Shown: positions 42,876 to 53,424 of the stretch, piece after piece
Position numbering within the stretch: the stretch's first letter is position 1
How the letters are laid out: every line of letters starts with the position of its first letter
Assembly: GCA_964410735.1 (NCBI GenBank)
Contig: CAYPIF010000025.1
Coordinates: 1 to 59,362 of the forward strand
DNA: 59,362 bases
Reading direction: 5' to 3'
DNA from: an uncultured Thermoplasmatales archaeon
GTDB taxonomy: Archaea; Thermoplasmatota; E2; DHVEG-1
Notes under the pieces: generated by a model
What the model was told of the DNA's origin: nothing
The model's input: the letters and a program-made list of their open reading frames with translations, nothing else
Database searches by the model: none
Position numbers and translations under genes: made by a program

Positions 42876-43774
42876 TCCCGTTTCTGAAATCCCAGAGATA
42901 TAATTTCCAATATGTGTATGGTTCTAATGTACCAATGCACATATTGCTCGGGGTTTCATCAGGTGTCACTATCATTCTTATCCTTTTAGGAGTATTAGGT
43001 TTCCTTGGTGTTATTCATACTGATCCGATTGGGCTGAGCGCCTTTGATTTCATGGTCTTTGGTGTGCTCTCCGCTATTGGACCAGTTGGTTTTTTCAATT
43101 ATATCAAAACAAAGAAGAAGAAACAGGTTGAGAATCAACTCCCTGATTTCTTACGGGAGATAAGCAGTGCAACTGCTTCGGGGATGACCGTGTTCGATGC
43201 AATCGATTCAGCTTCACGTGGTGATCATGGGCATCTCACTCCTGAGATAAGACGGATGTCCGCTCAGTTGTCCTGGGGAATATCCGTACAACAGGCATTG
43301 AATAATTTTGCGAAACGTATTGGGACCGATGCGGTTCAAAGAATGGTCATCACCATCAACAAAGCATTGGAGATCGGTGGGAACACTGCAGCGGTCTTTG
43401 AGGCAGCAGCAAAGGAAATCGATCAAGCGAAACGAGTGGAGATACAAAGGAAAACAGAGATGTCCATGTATAGTATCGTAATTTTCATCAGTTTCTTTGT
43501 GTTTCTTGCCGTCATTCTCATTATTGATAAAACGATTTTCACAGCCATCTTCGATCTGCAGGGTAAAATGGCGGGTCAGGCGATTGGGAATATGCGTATC
43601 GCTCAGATAGACCATGATCTGTTGAAATATACATTCTTCTCATTTGTCCTTGTACAGAGCATGGGTGGCGGGCTTCTGGGTGGTTTTATGATGGATGGAC
43701 GACTGTCCTCAGGGGTCCGTTTTGGGTTTATTTTGGTCTTAGTTTCATTCTTTGTGTTCAAATTTATTTTTTAA
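42872..43774 (+). CDS. Second TadC-like platform protein
   Basis: LPDFLREI..SGMT, QLSWG, GG, TM helices; ATGA overlap. Confidence 0.9.
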   Translation: MIPFLKSQRYNFQYVYGSNVPMHILLGVSSGVTIILILLGVLGFLGVIHTDPIGLSAFDFMVFGVLSAIGPVGFFNYIKTKKKKQVENQLPDFLREISSATASGMTVFDAIDSASRGDHGHLTPEIRRMSAQLSWGISVQQALNNFAKRIGTDAVQRMVITINKALEIGGNTAAVFEAAAKEIDQAKRVEIQRKTEMSMYSIVIFISFFVFLAVILIIDKTIFTAIFDLQGKMAGQAIGNMRIAQIDHDLLKYTFFSFVLVQSMGGGLLGGFMMDGRLSSGVRFGFILVLVSFFVFKFIF

Positions 43775-43850
43775 AAATTATCATTTTGGTAAAATGACAG
43801 CGATAGTTTAAATAACGAAACCAACAGGAAATAGTATTGTGGATAGGAAG

Positions 43851-45785
43851 ATGCCAGTGTTTACGAGAGTTTCTCTATATAATACTCATGCTGTTTCTGA
43901 GGTGGTAGGAGGAGTTTTGTTACTTGCCATCGCAGTGCTCGCATTTTCAGCGATATACTCAGTTATCTTTCCACTACCGGGTGTTGAATCAGAGCAACAC
44001 GCTAAGATGATCGGGTATGTTGATTTGGACGGGACAGTGAAAATCGAACATATTGGTGGAGAACCAATCACATCTTTCCGGATCGATGTAAAAGATATCA
44101 ATGGGACGGTACTCGGCTCGAATTCTTATGAGGAAAACTGGGGAATCGGTGTGTGCAAGATACCAACTTCAACGAAACTGCTAAATGAAAGTCAAAAACT
44201 CCATGTGACGGTCTACACAGTAAACTCTGAAAATGGTCAAGAACTCCTCTTTGAGGGAATCCTTCAGGGGAATGTACCAAAAAGTCAAACCTCCGGATCA
44301 TCGAATAGCTCAGACCAACCTTATCTCATCTCAAGTCTTTTAACAGATTCAACAGATGAGGATCTTATCTGTTTCAATAAAACAAGTAATGGTGTCACAA
44401 TAAATGCATCGTTTAGTGCAACAAGTTACATTTATAATTGGATCTTTAACTCTGAACCATTTGCATCAATGATATTACCATGTGATACAGATTCATCATC
44501 AACCGTAAAGGATTACACAGGTAATAATTATCATGGCATGGTCCATGGAGCCAGTTGGTCATCACAAGGTATCAATAGTGGGTCTTATAGTTTCGATGGC
44601 ACAACATACATATCAATTCCGTATTGTTTCAAAGGTTCCACTATCAATGATGTTACTATCGAGCTTTGGGTGAAGACATCTAACACTTCAGTGACACTTC
44701 TCAGCTATAACAGCACAAGGTATGGGGAGATAACCATCTCCAATGGCCTTGTGAAATGGACAACGACATCGAATGGGAACACTCGCGATATCATTGGTTC
44801 AACGGATATATCAGATAATCAATGGCACCATGTCACTGTGACATACACTTCAGACAGCGGTACAGCAGCCATCTTTGTTGATGGCATCATTGAAGAATCT
44901 GAAAGCGTCCATGCTGCATCTGACACCCTTGGATCCGGTTCTATCACAAGTGGTTATCTTGGAAAAGGATTCAATACCCAATCCACGGAATATGTAACAA
45001 TTTTTACCGATACTTTTGAGACAGACAAAGGATGGTCCGTTCAGAATAGCCCATATCTTTCAGAGGGAGAATGGGAACGTGGGACACCAGTTGACGATGA
45101 ACGAGGGGACCCACCATCTGATGCAGATGGATCAGGAAAATGTTATATCACTGAGAATGAAAGAGAGAAGGATATCGATGGGAGTTATAATAATGCTGGG
45201 ATAACCTGGTTGATTTCTCCGAGTTTTGATCTTTCCTCATATCTTGAGGCCTCGTTCAGCTGTGAAGTATGGTATACGAATGATTATGGGTACTCACCAG
45301 ATAATGATTATTTCTATATAGATGTTTCAAATGATGGAGGTTCAACCTGGACACGTGTTCAAACAATTGGTCCAACAACACCCGAACCAAAACAATGGTA
45401 TGAACACACGTTCCAAATAGAGGAGTACATTGCCTTAACGGATAATGTAAAAATCCGATTCGAAGCCTCTGATGCAGGTTCTGGATCTGTTGTAGAAGCA
45501 GGTGTCGACGCAATAGAATTAACAGGGTTACCCACAGGTGGATCGGATAATCTCACTGGTATGATCGATGATGTCAGGATATATGAACGGCTTCTATCAG
45601 AGGAACAGATCTATCAGGACTATCTATGTATGAAAGATGGTGAAAGTGACATTAGTGTCATAGTTGCTGAGGAAACAACGGTTGGTGACACCTGGTATTG
45701 TGTCCTGACACCAAATGATCAATGTCAAGATGCTTCTTCAATATCATCAAATCAATTAGAGATCACCCTATATGGAGGTGGATAA
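43851..45785 (+). CDS. Large type IV pilin-like adhesin (class III signal peptide, LamG and further beta-sandwich domains)
   Basis: HA/VSEVVGGVLLLAIAVLAF and IEHIGGEPI pilin N-terminus; WHHVTVTY, FVDG, GMIDDVRIY LamG motifs. Confidence 0.85.
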   Translation: MPVFTRVSLYNTHAVSEVVGGVLLLAIAVLAFSAIYSVIFPLPGVESEQHAKMIGYVDLDGTVKIEHIGGEPITSFRIDVKDINGTVLGSNSYEENWGIGVCKIPTSTKLLNESQKLHVTVYTVNSENGQELLFEGILQGNVPKSQTSGSSNSSDQPYLISSLLTDSTDEDLICFNKTSNGVTINASFSATSYIYNWIFNSEPFASMILPCDTDSSSTVKDYTGNNYHGMVHGASWSSQGINSGSYSFDGTTYISIPYCFKGSTINDVTIELWVKTSNTSVTLLSYNSTRYGEITISNGLVKWTTTSNGNTRDIIGSTDISDNQWHHVTVTYTSDSGTAAIFVDGIIEESESVHAASDTLGSGSITSGYLGKGFNTQSTEYVTIFTDTFETDKGWSVQNSPYLSEGEWERGTPVDDERGDPPSDADGSGKCYITENEREKDIDGSYNNAGITWLISPSFDLSSYLEASFSCEVWYTNDYGYSPDNDYFYIDVSNDGGSTWTRVQTIGPTTPEPKQWYEHTFQIEEYIALTDNVKIRFEASDAGSGSVVEAGVDAIELTGLPTGGSDNLTGMIDDVRIYERLLSEEQIYQDYLCMKDGESDISVIVAEETTVGDTWYCVLTPNDQCQDASSISSNQLEITLYGGG

Positions 45786-47783
45786 ATGAGAAACAATATT
45801 GGATGGAAAAAAATTGAGGCAGCTGCTCTCCTTACAATGCTCCTTTTTTCAAGCTGCATTATACTCAAACACGACACTGTAAAAGCAGATGGTTACACTG
45901 GAGAAGATCTTGCTCTTGCCATCCTTGCAAACCAGTCCACATTGATCAGCTGCAGCTATAGTGACACAGATAACTATGGGAACCGTCAAAGCACTGTTCT
46001 TTCCTCTATGGGAATTATGTCACCGACTCATGGCTCAACATTTGCCTTATTTAGCACTGGTGTTGCTGGAGCAAATCCTACAACATCATATGAAAATAAC
46101 CCTGGTGATGAGAGAGGAAGTTGGTTCTCTGGAGGACAATATGGGTACCCCCGTGATGAAGTGACTCTTACGATGACATTACAGGTTCCAGAGTTCATGC
46201 ATTATTTATATTATGATGTACAGTTCTTCAGCACGGAATATCCTGAGTATGTTGGATCAGCATATAATGACAAATTATCTGTTAAGGTGAACTCACCTTC
46301 AATGGGTCTTTCTGAATATATCTTTGATATCAACAGTGGTTATTTCGTTCTTGATTCAGATGGGTTAGCAGGAACAGGTTTTAATGTGTACGCCCAAAGT
46401 GGATATCCTGGTGGCGTTGACTGGATCGATACGATTACAAGACATCCTGGAGCAGATGCTGGTGCATCCGATCTTATCCCTATTGGAGGTCAAACTCATC
46501 CCGTCTCACCTGGTGAACAGATAACGGTCACCATCGATCTTAAGGATGTTGGCGATAACCAATTTGATAGTGCAGCATTTATCGATAACCTTATGTTCAC
46601 TGGTTACGCTAGGGCCAATATTGTAGCTCGTAAAACAGTTCAGGATCTCAACGGAGGCGATGTTGAACGTAATGACCTCCTGAAATATACGGTAACAATC
46701 AGTAACACTGGTTCAGCAGTTCAACATAATAATATTGGTCATGAATTCGAAGATATCATACCAGAGAATGCTACATATGTCAGTGGTTCAGCAACAGCAA
46801 CTTCAGGAACAGTGCAATATCTTTCAAATGAGAATAAGATCGTATGGGATGGTCAAATCTCTGCTGAAAGTAGTATCTCTTTATCGTTTCAGGTACAAGT
46901 AAATGATTCCGCGGATAATGGTGTTATCATCAGCAACCAGGGATTTGTTAATTGGGATACTGATGAGGATTATGTTAATGATGAGGTAGAACTAACAGAT
47001 GATCCTCACACAGATGATGGAATCGATCTTGATGGTGATGGTGAAACTGATGATGATGATCCAACGGAGCTTACAGTGGTCGCGTTCACACCGCCAACAT
47101 CGGTCTCAGAGGATTTTACTGATGATTCGATTGGTGAGGCCGCCACAGAAAATTACATGGATAGAGAATGGTTCAATACCTCCTTTGAGGCAGGGGAGAC
47201 CAACTTCGGGGTAGCAGGCAGCTATTATAATGCAACACCTCAATCATTCAAAACCAAGATAAGAGCAGCGGGAAGCCCACAATATTGGTATTATGATACT
47301 GCAGGTCTTGAAAGTGCATTATCTTTCTGGCAGATCAGTTTCAAATGTGGCAATGCAAGTGAGTACTCAACGATGTACATGGATTTCACAAATAGCAATG
47401 ATGCAGTGATTGCTAAACTTAAATTCGTCTATGAGCAACAAGGCACACATCCCCCATTGGATTGGCTGTTGAAACTGTATTACTGGAGCGAATCATCCTA
47501 CAGTTGGGTACAATTATCCACAGACACCCAAGGATACCTCTATAACTATTGGTATTCATTGAGATTAGAACTCTTGGATCAATACCATATCAGATACAGT
47601 TTGTATAGGAAGGGAACCGGTCTTGTGGATACGAAACAAGATGAAAGTCTTGCAACCCTTGTAACAGAGTATTCACCTGGATCTGATTTCTCGAATCTTG
47701 CATACATCAAATGGAGCAACACAGAGAACCCGATCGTATGCCCAATGTTTTTTTGGGATGACCAGATACTAGGTTTATCATAA
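45786..47783 (+). CDS. Secreted protein with choice-of-anchor L-like and DUF11-like domains
   Basis: FFSTEYPEYVGSAYND, DVGDNQFDSAAFID, LKYTVTISNTG..DIIP..TYVSGS, DLDGDGETDDDDPT. Confidence 0.75.
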   Translation: MRNNIGWKKIEAAALLTMLLFSSCIILKHDTVKADGYTGEDLALAILANQSTLISCSYSDTDNYGNRQSTVLSSMGIMSPTHGSTFALFSTGVAGANPTTSYENNPGDERGSWFSGGQYGYPRDEVTLTMTLQVPEFMHYLYYDVQFFSTEYPEYVGSAYNDKLSVKVNSPSMGLSEYIFDINSGYFVLDSDGLAGTGFNVYAQSGYPGGVDWIDTITRHPGADAGASDLIPIGGQTHPVSPGEQITVTIDLKDVGDNQFDSAAFIDNLMFTGYARANIVARKTVQDLNGGDVERNDLLKYTVTISNTGSAVQHNNIGHEFEDIIPENATYVSGSATATSGTVQYLSNENKIVWDGQISAESSISLSFQVQVNDSADNGVIISNQGFVNWDTDEDYVNDEVELTDDPHTDDGIDLDGDGETDDDDPTELTVVAFTPPTSVSEDFTDDSIGEAATENYMDREWFNTSFEAGETNFGVAGSYYNATPQSFKTKIRAAGSPQYWYYDTAGLESALSFWQISFKCGNASEYSTMYMDFTNSNDAVIAKLKFVYEQQGTHPPLDWLLKLYYWSESSYSWVQLSTDTQGYLYNYWYSLRLELLDQYHIRYSLYRKGTGLVDTKQDESLATLVTEYSPGSDFSNLAYIKWSNTENPIVCPMFFWDDQILGLS

Positions 47784-47815
47784 AGATATAAATAATTAAG
47801 AGGTGGAAAGAGACC

Positions 47816-48523
47816 ATGGCCAGAGTATTTGATAAGAACATGCTTATCATGACAACTGCAGTGATGGTAGGAGTTGTGGTAATCACCTACTTTGTAGGCG
47901 ATATCGTCCATCAGTCACAACTTACACAATTAAATACCGAACATGTCAGTGAGATAGAGACGATTGAAGAGAGAAACATCAATTTCACCAGTAGTTTTCT
48001 TGAATCCTCTGTTCTTCTTGATTCAGCACGTGAGGATCGAGCATTTGGTAACTATCATTTCGATCTTGCACATCTGTTCTATATCAGTGCTCTCTCTGAG
48101 GATAACGAGACCGTTTTCGAGGATTATCAATATCGATGTATATCGAATTGCTCCTCTGCGATGCCGATGTATGAAACGGCTCATGAGAACTTTAAAATGG
48201 CTTCATCCTTCTATGATACAACAAAGAAATTCACAGATTATGAGAACTATATCGTTCTACTTTCCATGTATGTCAATCTATCAGATTCCGGTGCTCGGTT
48301 GACTCTCTTACGATATAACGCAAGTATGTATCTAATGATGCTTGCGGAGAACATTACTTTTGTGAATGGATCAGCAATCTTAGAGAATGTAACGGCTCTT
48401 GAGGATCTCTTCAACAGTACCATGATGATGTATGCTGGTGAAATGGGCAATTATGAGGAAATCCAAAAAGAGATAGATGAATACGATATAGAAGGATTCA
48501 GCGCTATCCGAGAACCCGTATAA
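47816..48523 (+). CDS. Membrane-anchored helical hypothetical protein
   Basis: N-terminal TM helix, GAGGTGG RBS, several N-x-S/T sequons. Confidence 0.7.
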   Translation: MARVFDKNMLIMTTAVMVGVVVITYFVGDIVHQSQLTQLNTEHVSEIETIEERNINFTSSFLESSVLLDSAREDRAFGNYHFDLAHLFYISALSEDNETVFEDYQYRCISNCSSAMPMYETAHENFKMASSFYDTTKKFTDYENYIVLLSMYVNLSDSGARLTLLRYNASMYLMMLAENITFVNGSAILENVTALEDLFNSTMMMYAGEMGNYEEIQKEIDEYDIEGFSAIREPV

Positions 48524-48714
48524 ACAAAGAAGAGAGCATTAACAAACAAAATGACATCTTTTCTTCTCCTTCTTTTTTCTATTAACAAACGATCTCCAAT
48601 AATAACCAAAAGACACAGAAACAGCCACTAGTCTTATAACCAAATACAATATTACAGGGAAAAAGTTAAAGAAGGGAGCTTATTTTACCCCTTTGTAAAT
48701 TAATTTAGACAAAT

Positions 48715-48787
48715 GCCCTGGTAGTGTAGTGGCCTATCATCCAAGCCTGTCGAGCTTGGGACCCGGATTCGAATTCCGGCCGGGGCG
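48715..48787 (+). tRNA. tRNA-Asp (GTC)
   Basis: GCCCTGG/CCGGGGC-G acceptor, CAAGC-CTGTCGA-GCTTG anticodon arm, T-run terminator. Confidence 0.96.
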
Positions 48788-48859
48788 TTTTTTTTTGTTT
48801 TTTGTCAGTTTCTCACGATAACTATTTATAAGAATTTCAGGTAAAGTATTTACTATTGG

Positions 48860-50638
48860 ATGGTGCAGATGAATTTGAGTTCAACAAAATCATACATTAA
48901 ACTAGTTTTACTTAGTTTGATACTACTTTTCATAATTTATTTTATTGCTGGCCCTGTATTAGCAGACACAATTTATGTGGATGATGGCGGTGGAGGAGAT
49001 TTCACATCAATACAAGAAGCGATTGATACAGCAAATGAAAGTGATACGATATCAGTAAGTAGCGGAACATATAATGAAGCTATACTCATCAATAAATCCA
49101 TTACTTTAAATGGTGAAGGAAATAGTAATACAGTTATAATATCATCAGGAACAAACACAGTAAAAATCGAATCCAGTAATGTGACAATATCTGGTTTTAA
49201 AATAAAAAACTCGAATGGAAGTAGTTTTGCATGCATTCAATTGTATCATGTGACCGATTGCCAAATCAATGATGTCATCGTTCAATACGGAGGAAATACA
49301 ATTTATTTAATTGATTCAAATAATAACAATATCTGTAACAACAACATCAAAGATGGAAATATTGGCATCTATCTCTCAAACTCTTCCAACAACATAATTT
49401 CAGATAATATTATCCAAAATAATGATGTTAATGGAATTTTTCTTAATTACGTCTCTTCTGCTAATAGGATATACAAAAATGATTTTTCATATAATAACCA
49501 AAAGAATGCCAGAGATTTGAATAATGAATCCCCAAATCTTTGGAGTTATAATAACGAAGGAAATTATTGGGATGATTATTGTGATCTTGGAGGATATGAT
49601 TATAATAATGATGGCAAGGGTGATACCCCATATATAATTGATGTAAATAGCCAAGATAGTTACCCTCTAGGAGATTTTTGCAGCTCTAAACCAATTGCAT
49701 ACATAGAATACATTAGTCCAAATCCTGGAGTCAAGGGACAAACAATTACATTTAAAGGTCATGTAACTACTGGTGGAGAAATAATTGATTGGCTATGGAC
49801 GTCATCTATTAACGGGGATTTTGGTAGTGCTTCAGAGATTACTACATCGTCACTATCTGTTGGCACCCACAACATTAGATTTAAGGTTTATGATGGAACA
49901 GAGTGGTCTGATTATGATACTGAGACGTTAGTAATTACGGACCCTTCATCTGAAGTGAATCAACCTCCAGAGGCGACTATTGTTACTATTGACCCGATTT
50001 CAAGTACTGAGGGGGAATCAATTTATTTTCATGGGTATGGTGTTGACACTGATGGAACTGTAACAGGGTATAGTTGGAGGTCTAGTAAAGATGGTATTAT
50101 CAGTTCTTCTCCAACGTTCACAAGTAGTGATATTTCAGCTGGCGCCCATACTATTTATTTCAAGGTCAAGGATAATGACGGTGATTGGTCCATAGAGGCA
50201 TCTAGACAGATTACTATTATGGAAAATCAGACCGCCGTAGCAACGCCGATTGCAGTTATCGAGTGTCCAGTATCTGGTGTGATCAATCATTCTCTTCGTT
50301 TTGATGCTTCAAAGAGTTATGTTCCAGATGATCCTGATGCGGTTCTCTCATTTTCCTGGGATTTTGGTGATGGGAAGTATGGTACAGGTGAGATAATCAC
50401 TCATTCATTTCAGAGTAGCGGTAATTATACAGTTACTCTTAGAGTTCAGGATAATTTGCATCATTCATCATCAAAGACCGCGTCTCTATCCATTACCAAT
50501 GTTTCAACAGATACAGACCCGATTGATAATTCCACAGATCAAAATGAGGATATTGAGGTGACACCGGGTTTTGGATTTGCAGCCCTGATTTGTGGTATTA
50601 GTGTGTTTTTATTTATTAATATAAGGCGAAAAAGATAG
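48860..50638 (+). CDS. Surface protein: NosD beta-helix, PKD domains, PGF-CTERM
   Basis: SIQEAID, GNYWDDY, WDFGDG..HSF..GNYTVTLRV, TPGFG + TM + RRKR. Confidence 0.9.
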   Translation: MVQMNLSSTKSYIKLVLLSLILLFIIYFIAGPVLADTIYVDDGGGGDFTSIQEAIDTANESDTISVSSGTYNEAILINKSITLNGEGNSNTVIISSGTNTVKIESSNVTISGFKIKNSNGSSFACIQLYHVTDCQINDVIVQYGGNTIYLIDSNNNNICNNNIKDGNIGIYLSNSSNNIISDNIIQNNDVNGIFLNYVSSANRIYKNDFSYNNQKNARDLNNESPNLWSYNNEGNYWDDYCDLGGYDYNNDGKGDTPYIIDVNSQDSYPLGDFCSSKPIAYIEYISPNPGVKGQTITFKGHVTTGGEIIDWLWTSSINGDFGSASEITTSSLSVGTHNIRFKVYDGTEWSDYDTETLVITDPSSEVNQPPEATIVTIDPISSTEGESIYFHGYGVDTDGTVTGYSWRSSKDGIISSSPTFTSSDISAGAHTIYFKVKDNDGDWSIEASRQITIMENQTAVATPIAVIECPVSGVINHSLRFDASKSYVPDDPDAVLSFSWDFGDGKYGTGEIITHSFQSSGNYTVTLRVQDNLHHSSSKTASLSITNVSTDTDPIDNSTDQNEDIEVTPGFGFAALICGISVFLFINIRRKR

Positions 50639-50646
50639 ATCATTCT

Positions 50647-50684
50647 AGGTTAAAGGATCTGTTTTTTTTATCTGTCTTTAACCT
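50647..50684 (+). terminator. Inverted repeat with T-run after the PKD gene
   Basis: AGGTTAAAG ... CTTTAACCT enclosing a T-run. Confidence 0.3.
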
Positions 50685-50819
50685 GAATTATTGATTTTTA
50701 TTGTTTGTTTAATATTTTTATTTATATGCTAGAATAAAAAAGTTTATATACTACAAAAACAAAAATATATATAATGTATGGGGTAAACTCGAGGGGGGCA
50801 AACATACGGGGGATCACCA

Positions 50820-51242
50820 ATGAATATTATCACTTTAAAAGAAATGACTAATGCTTTAGAGAACAAACTAGGTCTAAACAAGCAGAAAGCACAAAAAATC
50901 GCAGAATTCATCATGGATTCTTTTGGATACGAAACAAGGATCATAGACAATATCCTCAAACCTGATGAACGTCAAATCTTTTACATGCTAGAAGCAGAAG
51001 GTCTGATGACAACGGAAAGAGAACAGAACCGGCTCTATGATGGAAGAGAATGGCTGACCCATTATTGGGAACTACGAAAGACCGCAATCCTTTATCACGC
51101 ACATCATAAACCAATAGAACAACCCACAAAGATAGTTCAACCATCGATCAAAAAGGAACCGCAATCAGTCTATAGTTCAGTAACAGAAGACATGTGGACG
51201 ATGAGAAAGATAATAGACCATAAGATCATCGGTCATTTTTGA
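50820..51242 (+). CDS. DUF6015-like protein
   Basis: FGYETRIIDNILKPDERQIFYMLEAEGL...DGREWLTHYW. Confidence 0.7.
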   Translation: MNIITLKEMTNALENKLGLNKQKAQKIAEFIMDSFGYETRIIDNILKPDERQIFYMLEAEGLMTTEREQNRLYDGREWLTHYWELRKTAILYHAHHKPIEQPTKIVQPSIKKEPQSVYSSVTEDMWTMRKIIDHKIIGHF

Positions 51243-51290
51243 GAAAAATATTTCAATCAAAGGTAGACCACATCACCTGTTTTTTAATAC

Positions 51291-52829
51291 TTATTTAGAT
51301 CCTAACACGATATCATTGAAAAGGGAGAAGGTATCAAAAAGATCCTGCTTATCATATCCTTTGAGATAGACATCAAAGAACGCAAGCTCTATCACCCGTG
51401 TAATATTCACAAGTCTTTTTGCATCAATCGTTCCAAACCCCAAAAGCTTTTGAGGAATACCCGGTAACAGATGGGACAATAACACCCCCACATCCGTATA
51501 TCCATAATGTGTCGAACCTAAAATCCCCACCATATAAGCATCCGTTGAAACCTTTTCATACAACCCAAGGGTACTTGTTTCATTGATACGAGCCTCAGCA
51601 AGCATCATCAGAATCGGTTTGGAGATATTACCGGGGAGGAACTCATCATAGACCACCCCATCAAGGGTGAACCCTGCTTTGAACCGTTCATCCTCAAAAC
51701 AACACACAGCTGTTGCAGCCCCACCAAAACTATGCCCATACATCCCAAGCCTAGTAAGATCGAAACATCCAGACAACATCGCATCATATTCATTGAGAGC
51801 ACTGATCTCGTTTAGAACAAAATAGACATCATCGACGACCGTACGAAGTGACCTGGTGAAGAACCCTGAAAGATTTTCAAATGGGACAGGGGCAAGCTCC
51901 ATGGTCCGTCCATCTGAAAAAACCGTGATCCCTGCCACATATGGATGATTGATGGAAACAACGATATAACCATTGCTCACCATATCTTCAATAAACGAGG
52001 TATATATCTCTTCGACCCCATCATACCCATGGGAAAAGATAAGCACTGGGTAGGGTGCATCATCTTTTGCTATTTGTACCCCCTCATAACAATGAGGAGA
52101 AACATAGGTATATGCCAAGTTAGGGATAGTGATCAAAGGAATCGGGGATTGTTGCTTAAGCCATTGGAAGGTTATCGGATCCATATAGTCCATGCGTTTC
52201 TGAAAATCTTTTTCAACTGTTGGATACCAGATATGAGCAATCAGTTCACGGTGATCTGATGGATCTTCTGAGAACCATTCGTCACGGGACTCATCGATAA
52301 GATCTAGGGTTTTCACACCAACCGCATATGCACCGGTTAAAGGTGGTAGAAATGATGATTCGAAGATTCCTTCACATGAGAGGGAACCTCCACCAAGTAT
52401 TGTTACATCAAGAGTAAAATTCACCAGACCATACTGTACTGCACCAACAAATCGTTGAACGCCTTGTGAATCATATTGAATGGAACCAACGACCCATTGT
52501 TTATAGAAGAAACCAGTCATCAGCCCAAGATGTTGCCCTGTTTGAGAAAGGAGATTACCTTGAAATTTGCCTTGAAGATTGGATCTGCCAAGGTCCAGAA
52601 ACCCTGAAAACGATCCCTGTGTTGTATCATTTGTCCAAATACCAGAAAATGAGCCATCATACCAGGTATCTTCAACGATCAATTTCTGTGACCCAATACT
52701 ATCGAGGGGGGTACTTGTTTTTGCATTCACGAGAAACGGTGAACAACAGAGAGAAAGAAGTAAAATAAGAGATACTAGCTCCGAAAGGAGAATCTTTCTA
52801 TTATGATACTTTGAAAGACCACGCATCAA
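51291..52829 (-). CDS. Secreted alpha/beta hydrolase (PAF-acetylhydrolase-like)
   Basis: Signal peptide, WYP, IFSHG, GHSFGG nucleophile elbow, LDG, THYGYTD. Confidence 0.88.
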   Translation of the reverse strand: MMRGLSKYHNRKILLSELVSLILLLSLCCSPFLVNAKTSTPLDSIGSQKLIVEDTWYDGSFSGIWTNDTTQGSFSGFLDLGRSNLQGKFQGNLLSQTGQHLGLMTGFFYKQWVVGSIQYDSQGVQRFVGAVQYGLVNFTLDVTILGGGSLSCEGIFESSFLPPLTGAYAVGVKTLDLIDESRDEWFSEDPSDHRELIAHIWYPTVEKDFQKRMDYMDPITFQWLKQQSPIPLITIPNLAYTYVSPHCYEGVQIAKDDAPYPVLIFSHGYDGVEEIYTSFIEDMVSNGYIVVSINHPYVAGITVFSDGRTMELAPVPFENLSGFFTRSLRTVVDDVYFVLNEISALNEYDAMLSGCFDLTRLGMYGHSFGGAATAVCCFEDERFKAGFTLDGVVYDEFLPGNISKPILMMLAEARINETSTLGLYEKVSTDAYMVGILGSTHYGYTDVGVLLSHLLPGIPQKLLGFGTIDAKRLVNITRVIELAFFDVYLKGYDKQDLFDTFSLFNDIVLGSK

Positions 52830-52849
52830 TTGATTAAATATGGTTATAT

Positions 52850-53293
52850 TTATTTAATACTTTGTAATGAATGCAAAACCATTTGATCAAGAAATTGCCC
52901 ACCTTGCAAGATTCTTAGAAGGATATCCAAAAGTAACACAGGCCATTTGAACGTAGTCACAAATGAAAGACCAAACGCGGTGAGGAGTATCTCAAATATG
53001 CTGCCAAAATAGGTTATCCAAATAGCAATAGGAATAGTGATGAACAATGATAGGAAAAAGGTAAGTATGAAACCAGTTGTATATATCCGTAGTATCATTT
53101 TTATCATGCTAAAAAGAGGAGCAGCATCCAGAGTATCTTGGAAAAATGAGATTTTTTGAAACGTGTTCACTGATGACGTCTTTTGTTCTTGAATGCTACT
53201 TGCATGGGAATCAACAGCAGAGATACACGGAGCCATGAGAAGAACAAAAGAAGATACTGCTACGATGAGATACATGATCACTTTCAAATTCAT
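52850..53293 (-). CDS. Hypothetical membrane protein
   Basis: Signal peptide plus two TM helices. Confidence 0.6.
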   Translation of the reverse strand: MNLKVIMYLIVAVSSFVLLMAPCISAVDSHASSIQEQKTSSVNTFQKISFFQDTLDAAPLFSMIKMILRIYTTGFILTFFLSLFITIPIAIWITYFGSIFEILLTAFGLSFVTTFKWPVLLLDILLRILQGGQFLDQMVLHSLQSIK

Positions 53294-53424
53294 CCCCCAT
53301 ATTAAAACGATATCAGATACATACGACATTAAAATATATGCATAATTATATTATTATTTCTCTAACGGTTTATTTTTGCTACCGCAGCGTATACCTCTAG
53401 CATGATAATATCATCACATTTTTA

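Noticed and set aside
40036-43774. Archaellum (flaI/flaJ) operon
   Set aside because: No archaellin, FlaH, FlaF or FlaG; two separate TadC genes indicate a pilus
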